A stretch of DNA of 64,000 nt, taken from positions 7,068,001 through 7,132,000 of the forward strand of contig NC_043024.1 of NCBI RefSeq assembly GCF_006345805.1. Reading direction: 5' to 3'. Shown here one piece after another: positions 55,300 to 64,000 of this stretch. The stretch's first letter is position 1. The number at the start of each line of letters is the position of its first letter. Both the position numbers and the translations under genes were made by a program. Source of the DNA: Octopus sinensis (taxonomy: Eukaryota). Below the pieces are notes generated by a model. It was given only the letters and a program-made list of their open reading frames with translations, searched no databases and was not told the DNA's origin.

Positions 55300-56485
55300 C
55301 TAAATCAAAATTGTTGAACACAATTTTAGGACATGAATATGGCGGCGAATTTGGAAGTCGACCAAGAAGGGAGCGGAAGAGGTTGTGGTTGTTATTTATA
55401 GCCTCCCTCCTCCCTCATTACTGTTACTGACGATGACCTCTCTCCTCTCCCTGTTACCAACGTAACCAACTCTATCAACACAATCGTTATCAATCTTTGG
55501 GTTATTCATCATGCGACAGTAGGATATAACCCTTGTGTAGTATGTCGTTTGAGCAAATTATAAAAGTTGGTCGTAAGTATTATAACGTAAGGCGGCAAGT
55601 TGACAGAATCGGTAGCACGGCAGGCGAAATGCTGAGCGGTATTTCGTCCGCCGCTGCGTTCTGAGTTCAAATTCCGCCGAGGTCGACTTTGCCTTTCATC
55701 CTTTCGATGAATTAAGTACCAGTTACGCACTGGGGTCGATGTAATCAACTTAATCCGTTTGTCTGTCCTTGTTTGTCCCCTCTGTGTTTAGCCCCTTGTG
55801 GGTAGCAAAGAAATGGGTATTTAGCCTGTCCTTACGTTCTGAGTTCAAATTTCGCTGAGGTCAACTTTGCCTTTCATCCTTTCGGAGAACGATAAATTAA
55901 ATACCAGTTGCGTACTGGGTCGATCTAATCGACTGGCCCCCTCCCCCAAAATTTCTGGCCTTGTGCCTAGAGTAGAGAAGAATCGGTAACATGGCAGGCA
56001 AATGCTTAACGACTTGTCGTCCGTCTTCGCGTTCTGAGTTGAAATACCGCCAGGGTCGATTTCGCCTTTAATCTTTCGGGGTCGATAAAATAAGTACAGG
56101 CTGAACACTGGGGTCGATGTAATCGACTTAACCCCTCCCTGAAAGTACTAGCTTTGTGCCAAAATTGGAAATCAATACTTCACTGTGGTGTATACGTTGA
56201 GGACTCTCAAAATATGCTCTGTGAAGACGTAATGCATTATATGTGTATATGTGCGTGCGTATGTATATGTGTATTCTATGTATGTATATATATATATTCG
56301 TATAAATCCATATGTTTATTAATTGCCTGTAGGGACAACCGTATTTCGTTTTAGCAACGACAATATACTAACAAGTATATTAAAAGCTTTATAAGTCGAT
56401 GCTGTGTCAGCGTTGGGATTCGATCAGTTCTAAGTTATCTCTACAGATATTCTATAGAATTTAGAGCCAACGCTGAAAGTTACGA

Positions 56486-56533
<48 letters not shown>

Positions 56534-56600
56534 TGTGTGTGTAGGTGTGTATGAATGTCTGTATGTCTCTATGTATGTCTAAGAGTAAATCAGATGATAC

Positions 56601-56636
56601 CTCGTTCTTTTTCGTCTTCTTCTTCAGCTTCTGGTG
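56601..56636 (-). CDS. 36-nt phase 0-0 micro-exon, HQKLKKKTKKNE
   Basis: Long polypyrimidine tract ending cctgtgtttcAG, GTatca donor, purine-rich exon. Confidence 0.6.
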
Positions 56637-57434
56637 CTGAAACACAGGAAGTAAAAAACACAGAAAATAAAAGAACCGAAAATAAATAAAAATAAAAACT
56701 ACATCGAATTCTGGGAAATAAAGAGATAGAAATATACCCCCCCTCCCCAGGCGTTGTTGATGCTGTTATTGTTCTTTAACGCCCAGGTCAGGCCAAATCG
56801 GCAACCAGAAAGAATTCCAAACGAAATCATCCGAATTTGCATTTTTCTGACATCCATCTACGACTACACTACATAACTTATCTTTTCTACTTCGAGCCAT
56901 GACCATCCTTTGTTTCGTTTACAGGCATAGTCCATCTTGGACTACATTATCTAATGTGTCATTTCTTTTGAAGATGGTTAAGGAGGGAACAGAGGGAGTT
57001 CCAGCTACGACCATCCTGTCTTTTCATATTTCATGGAACTCGATGTACATTATTTAATGTACAACTTGTGACGTGGTGTCAGGGAAAATTGGCCACTATT
57101 TCTAGCTTCCTGTGCGGCCGCATCGAAGCTCTGTTACTGCAGTTTGCCCAATACCTCTCATACTACTAACAAATACTCAACTTGAACCCATTCTATGTGG
57201 CTGTTGCGAGCCCTACAACCCTGCGAGTCGGGGCGCGAGGTTCAAGTATATTAAAATACATTAACCATGTACATTGAAAACATACATATACACATAATAC
57301 ATAGACATACATACATACATACATACATACATACATACATTATGTGTGTGTGTATATATATATGTATTATTTTACTCTTTTACTCGTTTCAGTCATGCTA
57401 GAGAACCATGTATGTATACATATATATGTATATA

Positions 57435-57486
<52 letters not shown>

Positions 57487-57488
57487 AT

Positions 57489-57548
<60 letters not shown>

Positions 57549-57619
57549 CATATGTGTATGTGTATATATACATATATCGAAAGAAGAAGCACACTCTAAG
57601 ATGTAGAGCAGTATATATG

Positions 57620-58590
57620 AAAAATGGGGAAGGCCGGTTTATGGGATTACCTTAGGTTTCCCGTCCATAAAGGGTTTAGCTTTATGGCGTATCATCAAAC
57701 GCCAAAAACCTGTTGGCTCATGACCTTTTAAAAATATGGAGGAGGAAATGCCTCACTACTCAAAGACAACAATTAGGGATTATCTCCCTTCGCTATTGGC
57801 TATCGACCTCCGGTTGTGCCGCCATCTTGCGGGTTCCAGATAGCTAGCAGGAACCTCCTGATATATGAATATGGCCCAAAAAAACCCGTTCTGGAGTTAA
57901 GGATGTTCCCTGGTTCGAGTGTCTTTTAGGATTCTCGTGCGTTCAGCTATACATAACTTGCAACGCTTCGTCTCATTGATGTTGGGGCCTGGGTTGTCTA
58001 AGATTTTCTATGAGATCGAATATGGAATCCCATCGTCTCTTAGTTGTCAGACGTGGCTGGCCAGTGATGTTACGTATCTCCTTACCGGAACACTGAAGGA
58101 GGCCCTATGGTTGGAGAGATGTTGCTTGAAAGAGTTCCCGGAATATCCAATGCATCTCTGTAGGCGTGTGTTGTCGGTGCTGTGTCTGGTAGTGTTGCTG
58201 TTGTTGTTATCTTACTCTGCTATTGGCATCAACGGGACGAAGCGTTGCAAGTTGTGCATTGCTGAACGCGCGAGAGTCCTAAAAGACTTACTCGTACCAG
58301 GGAAAATCCTTAACTCCAGAACGGAGATTTTCGGGCAATGTTTATATTTCAGGAGGTTCCTGCTAGCTATTTGGAGTCCGCAAGATGGCGACAGACTCGG
58401 AAGTCGATAGTCAATAGCAAAGGGAGATAATCCCCGGTTGTTACCTTTGAGTAGTGAGGCATTCCTTCCGCCATGTTTTTAAGAGATTATGGGCCAACAG
58501 GTTTTTTGGATCTGATGATACGCCATAAAGCTAAACCCTTTACGGACGGGAAACCTAAGGTGATGCCATAAACCGGTCTTCTCCATTTTT
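57620..58590. mobile_element. Penelope-like element with inverted pLTRs (57620-57981 / 58227-58590)
   Basis: Minus: CIGYSGNSFKQHLSNHRASF...TSLASHV...KRCKLCIAER; plus: NGTKRCKLCIAERARVL...LNSRTEIFGQCLY (GIY-YIG C-terminus). Confidence 0.85.
58500..58574 (+). ncRNA. Type I hammerhead ribozyme motif in the Penelope pLTR (inverse copy 57636-57710)
   Basis: GGTTTTTTGGAT-CTGATGA-stem II CCATAAAG/CTTTACGG-GAAA-CCTAAG-GTG-ATGCCATAAACC. Confidence 0.7.
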
Positions 58591-58591
58591 A

Positions 58592-58627
<36 letters not shown>

Positions 58628-58681
58628 GCCAATATATGTATGTATGAATATATCCATATATATATATATATATGTATGAAT

Positions 58682-58778
<97 letters not shown>

Positions 58779-59801
58779 TATAAATAAATAATGTATATAT
58801 AATAATATGTGTGTGTGTATATATATGCATGAATACACAATGTAATATAATATAATACACACACACACACACATATGTATATGTACGGATATATATATAT
58901 GTATATATAAATATTTATAAATATATATATATATATATATACATACATATACGTATACGTGTATATACATACATATATGTATATACATATGTGTATACAT
59001 GTACACATATGTATATATATATATGTATGTATGTGTTTGTGTATGTGTGTCTATGTGTGTAAGTGGGTGTGTGTGTGTGTGTGTGCGTGTGCGTGTGTGT
59101 GGAATATCAATGTTGGAGCAACGAAAAATATGTAAATAAGCCAATTAATAGTGTATCTGAAAACGAATACAGCTACGAATAATGGACTTGTAATATATTT
59201 CGGTTAAAATCTTTCTGGATGTGGCAAAATAAAGTAATCGAGCCTTTACCCGTGGGACTCAAACGTGCCGTAGCCATGGCAGGCGTAACCATTACAACAA
59301 AGAAGACCACTCTTCCTCGGCCATCGAATTAAAAGCATTTTTAACGGAATATAAGTCACGCTATTATTCCAGCTTTATAGCTGCATTCGTCTTTAGATAC
59401 ACCGTTAAATTGCTTTTATATGCATGCATTTGTGCGCGCGTTGTGTATATATATATATATATATATTATATATATGTTTTACTTTTTATCTTATATTAAA
59501 CTTTTTATACTTTTTGATAGTTATATATATTTAATAAAATAAAAATAAATAAATAAATATATATATATATATATAATATATATATATATATAAATTTATA
59601 AATATAAATTAAAATTTTAAATTGTTAACTTTAAATTTTAATTATTTAAATTTAGAATTTTATATTTTATATATTTTGTATTTTATATGCATTAATTTTA
59701 TTTCTATGTTTTGGTTTATGTTTTTCACTGTTTGATTTACCTAATAGTGGTTTTATCTCTAATTTAATTTATATATGTATAATTATAACAATAATTAAGG
59801 G

Positions 59802-60072
59802 TTTAGCAACAAGTTGCTTCACCACATACCGAAAAATTTAGAAATAGCAGCCAAAAGACTGCTATTTCTATTTCCTACAAAATATATCTCCACAGATAAC
59901 AATATTTGTAACTCACATAGGTAAAAAGAAGAAAAATAAAGAAATCAGTCTTCGACTGTGAGTTACAGATATTTTTTCGGTTCAGACATATTTTTGTAGG
60001 AAATAGAAATAGCAGTCTTTTGGCTGCTATTTCAAAATTTTTCGGTATGTGGTTAAGCAACTTGTTGCGAAA
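59802..60072. repeat. Fold-back element, ~115-bp inverted arms and ~40-bp loop
   Basis: GCAACAAGTTGCTT...GAAATAGCAGCCAAAAGACTGCTATTTC mirrored at 59957-60072. Confidence 0.85.
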
Positions 60073-60138
60073 ACTGTTTGGTAAAAGTTATTAATTATTA
60101 AATTTCTATAAATGTATGTTTATACATATATATATATA

Positions 60139-60246
<108 letters not shown>

Positions 60247-60287
60247 ACATACATATATATATATATACACAAACACAACAGACACAC

Positions 60288-60323
<36 letters not shown>

Positions 60324-60362
60324 CACACATATATATCTATACATATATATATATATCTATAT

Positions 60363-60393
<31 letters not shown>

Positions 60394-60486
60394 TCTATGT
60401 ATATATATATACATACACACATATACACCCATAACATACATATACATATATATGCATGCATGTATGTATGTGTGTATATAAGCACA

Positions 60487-60541
<55 letters not shown>

Positions 60542-60750
60542 TGTATGTATATATCTACGTATATGTATATATATATATGTGTATATTATAATTAATGTAT
60601 GTAAATATTAAATTGTTTAGCACATAATTACGATGTCATGTGACCTATCTGTTACATGTATATATATCTAACAATGCAGGCGATTAAAATCTTGTGGCTT
60701 CCCTCAGCTCTCTGTGGGTGACAAAGATAGAAATCGAATAAAACGATTAC

Positions 60751-60801
60751 CATTTTAATTTCTTCCTTCCGCTTGCCATGCACTGACGCGCGCGTTTTGC
60801 C
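60751..60801 (-). CDS. 51-nt phase 0-0 micro-exon, GKTRASVHGKRKEEIKM
   Basis: cctcgtttcAG acceptor, GTaatc donor, open frame, length divisible by 3. Confidence 0.55.
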
Positions 60802-61028
60802 CTGAAACGAGGCTATGGCTTCAAAGGCGCACACTACTACAGAGGATTATACATACGAACTTATACATACATATAGCTAAAGATACAAACATACATATAT
60901 ACATATCTATATACACAGAAACACATATATAAGCATGTACTGTATGTATATTTGTGTTGAAATAACTATATGCATACATATAAAAATATATGTTGGCGCT
61001 TGTGTGTGTGTATGTGTTATATATATAT

Positions 61029-61061
<33 letters not shown>

Positions 61062-61270
61062 CATACATGTATATAAAATATCTATTCTTTATATGTACAC
61101 ACAACATACACACATACGCATATATATAGATATATATATATAATATATTATATATACATTATACACACACAAACACACACACATATATATATGATATATA
61201 ACACAATATATGTATATATATATACACATGCATATATAAGCATAGACAAAACACATACACACACGCAGAC

Positions 61271-61336
<66 letters not shown>

Positions 61337-61453
61337 GTATGTATTTATTTATGTTTATATATATCGTGCATCCGTATTTATATATAAGGATAAGAAAACG
61401 CCATTTCAAGCGTTTACACACACGCGTACAGAAAGAGAGGGGGAGAGGGAGAG

Positions 61454-61507
<54 letters not shown>

Positions 61508-61620
61508 AGGAGAGAGAGAGAGATGTTGCTTCCACGCGGATAACTGCAGGTACTCGATATTACATTCACGCTGGAAATAAAGCATATTGAAAAAAGACGG
61601 TGAATCATATTTGCTTTTAC

Positions 61621-61665
61621 CTTCGTACATTTGGGAGTATTGACTTTCCTTTGTGTTGTTACGAC
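61621..61665 (-). CDS. 45-nt phase 0-0 micro-exon, VVTTQRKVNTPKCTK
   Basis: tgtgtttatttgcAG acceptor and GTaaaa donor on the minus strand; open frame; unique sequence among repeats. Confidence 0.6.
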
Positions 61666-61820
61666 CTGCAAATAAACACAGATATAAATATGTTGACGAA
61701 CTAATCGAAACCTCATCAATAACGACAACAACAACAAACAATAAAGACAATGGCGGCAAAGGCAGGGCCTTGGAATAAACCTTTCGGCACCCTCGTGCAG
61801 TTCTGTGTTCATGTGCTCCC

Positions 61821-61920
61821 NNNNNNNNNNNNNNNNNNNNNNNNNNNNNNNNNNNNNNNNNNNNNNNNNNNNNNNNNNNNNNNNNNNNNNNNNNNNNNNN
61901 NNNNNNNNNNNNNNNNNNNN
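61821..61920. other. Assembly gap (100 N)
   Basis: Seen directly. Confidence 1.
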
Positions 61921-62172
61921 TTCTTTTATCGCCTCGGCGAAGTTTGTTGTTGTTTTGTTATTGTGTTACCGTTGATGTTGATGGCAGGGGTGTGGGTTGT
62001 AGGTTGTGGTTGCTGATTATGCAACTAGCAAGGGGTGGAAAATTGCCTGCGTAATTAGTCCTGCATTAGCGCAAATTTCGGCATTTCGTTTGCTTGTCGT
62101 CGTTATTTTTTCACTTGTTGGTGATGGAGTGAGCAGTGGTTGAAGGGAATTGTTGTTGTGTCGTCGTCGTCG

Positions 62173-62210
<38 letters not shown>

Positions 62211-62586
62211 ATTGTCGTTCTTGGTGACGGCGGTGGTGTTAGTAGTATTAGTAGCATTGACGGCACGGTCTTGGTGGCGGGGTGATGGTGGTGATGTTGG
62301 TATGTTATTGGTGGCGACGTCTTTAGTAGGGATAGCAGTTTAGTAGCAGATTCTGCCATGGTGTTGTTGTCGGTGTTGTGTGGTGGTGGTGGACTCACTG
62401 ATGGTGTTGACGGTGCTTGGCCTTGCGACCTTTGTTTTGTATTTGTTGCTGTTGTCGATGTTGATGGTGGCGGAGTTGTCAGGTTCAGCGTAAGGTAACA
62501 GAGCATCCTGTTTTTCTGCCTCTGCGTCACGGTTGACTTGCACCTCAGCCTCGTGGTGACCAGTGGCCATTTTGGAAATAAAATGG
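61921..62586 (-). CDS. Candidate large exon of an unrecognised host gene; Thr/Asn-rich low-complexity segment (MATGHHEAEVQVNRDAEAEKQDALLPYAEPDNS...), with apparent frameshifts next to the N gap
   Basis: Minus-strand acceptor tttcatttag at 62587-62588. Codon-like ACC/AAC/GAC/GCC periodicity. The natural reading hops between the ORFs 62340-62600 and 62111-62530 at short repeats, consistent with indel errors at a contig end. The 3' boundary is lost in the gap. Confidence 0.45.
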
Positions 62587-62832
62587 CTAAATGAAACCAC
62601 GAAGGCTATGAGAATTTTTTCTTTTAAATTTTGCCCACAAGGGGCAAAATTTTGTGGAGATATTTATCAAAGGTTTACAGTGGATGTTGTTGCACAACTT
62701 TTAAACACAAAATATTTCACAATAAATAATTTTCAACGTACAAAATGACCAACTTACGTGGAGCCCATTTGACTAGCGTCCGTCCGTCCGAGATAGATAG
62801 ATAGATAAGATAGATAGATAGATAGATGGATG

Positions 62833-62864
<32 letters not shown>

Positions 62865-63337
62865 TTGCAAAATCACATTGAATTCCTAAATAAGCAAATT
62901 CAACTATCATACTGTTGCCACCAACAGAGCTTCCCATTAGCAAATTTTTAATCATTCACAGTTAATACCGTCCCAAAAATACTGAGAGAATTTTAATTTC
63001 TAATGGAAATCAAGGGAGACAACTTTTTCCAGTGCAAAAGTGTAACCTCCCATGCATCAGCGGTTGCTGAGTTTCTAGCATGTAACTCAAAAGGTCCAAT
63101 GAGAACGAACGTTGTATCTTAGCCAATAGTAATCAGATTGATCAAGAGGTTGGGGCTGTATCTTTCCTCAGTATTGAAATGGCAGAACGATTAGATATTT
63201 TGTGCTTATGAGATTTACACTTTTGCAAATTTGAATCAATTGTAAAATCGAATATTTAACTAGAATACGCGATGAATATATATATATATATGCACATATA
63301 TATATATATATATGCATATATATATATATATGCATAT

Positions 63338-63373
<36 letters not shown>

Positions 63374-63473
63374 ATGTAGGTATTTATGTATGTTATATAT
63401 ATATATATATAATATATATATATATTATATATAATATATGCGTGTATGTGTGTGTATTATGTATGTATTTATG

Positions 63474-63524
<51 letters not shown>

Positions 63525-63669
63525 ATGTATACATACATATACATATCAATATCTGTTAACAAATATACATATATATATATATGTATGTATTAACAAATAT
63601 ACATATAGGAGTGGATTTGGTAGACGGAAACTAAAAGAAGCCCGCCGTGTGTGTGTGTGTGTGTATGTA

Positions 63670-63760
63670 CAGTAATCCCTCGACTATCGCGCGTGTTACA
63701 TTCCCAAAAAACCTCACGATAGGGGAAAATCCACGAAGTAGAAACAGTACAGTACTGTAT
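63670..63760 (+). mobile_element. pogo/Tigger-like MITE left end
   Basis: TA|CAGTAATCCCTCG terminal motif. Confidence 0.45.
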
Positions 63761-64000
63761 ATTTTTTTATAATTTGTATATATTTATCTCAATGTATAAA
63801 AGTGAAATGGCCGAAAGTTGTGTGTTTGCCTATTTCATTTAGTGGTTATGCATGGTTTAATGGCAGTAGGCGTGCTCGGATTGCGGTAAAAATTTACAGG
63901 GACATGTTAAATGAGGCGAGGAAGCCACTGGACTAGGTTAGAAATCCCCATCTCAAAAGCTGTGGTTACTAGGGCAACAAAACCCAGACTTTGACAAGTG

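Noticed and set aside
59225-59330. Extra exon (PRKSGLLCCNGYACHGYG)
   Set aside because: No good acceptor, phase incompatible, and it resembles a decayed tRNA-SINE head

Overview
AT-rich, microsatellite-saturated eukaryotic (animal) DNA. The SINE/LINE repertoire looks like an octopus/coleoid genome (inference, no database check). Most of the window is repeat debris: several tRNA-derived SINE families, at least 8 fragments of restriction-endonuclease (R4/Dong-like) LINEs sitting in (TAA)n tracts, mariner/Tc1/Merlin/Helitron remnants, a probable LTR with primer-binding site, Penelope-derived fold-back elements carrying hammerhead-ribozyme motifs, a decayed ~24-bp satellite, two near-identical tandem duplications and a 100-N gap. 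Almost all long ORFs in the supplied track are microsatellite artefacts. One host gene can be pieced together by hand on the minus strand (about 62.6 kb to 47.4 kb). It has a Thr/Asn-rich exon, then a phase-compatible chain of small exons (45, 51, 36, 65, 107 nt) ending in a Tyr/Arg/His-rich C-terminus; I do not recognise the product. The two most interesting signals are this micro-exon gene and the recurring hammerhead-bearing Penelope hairpins.
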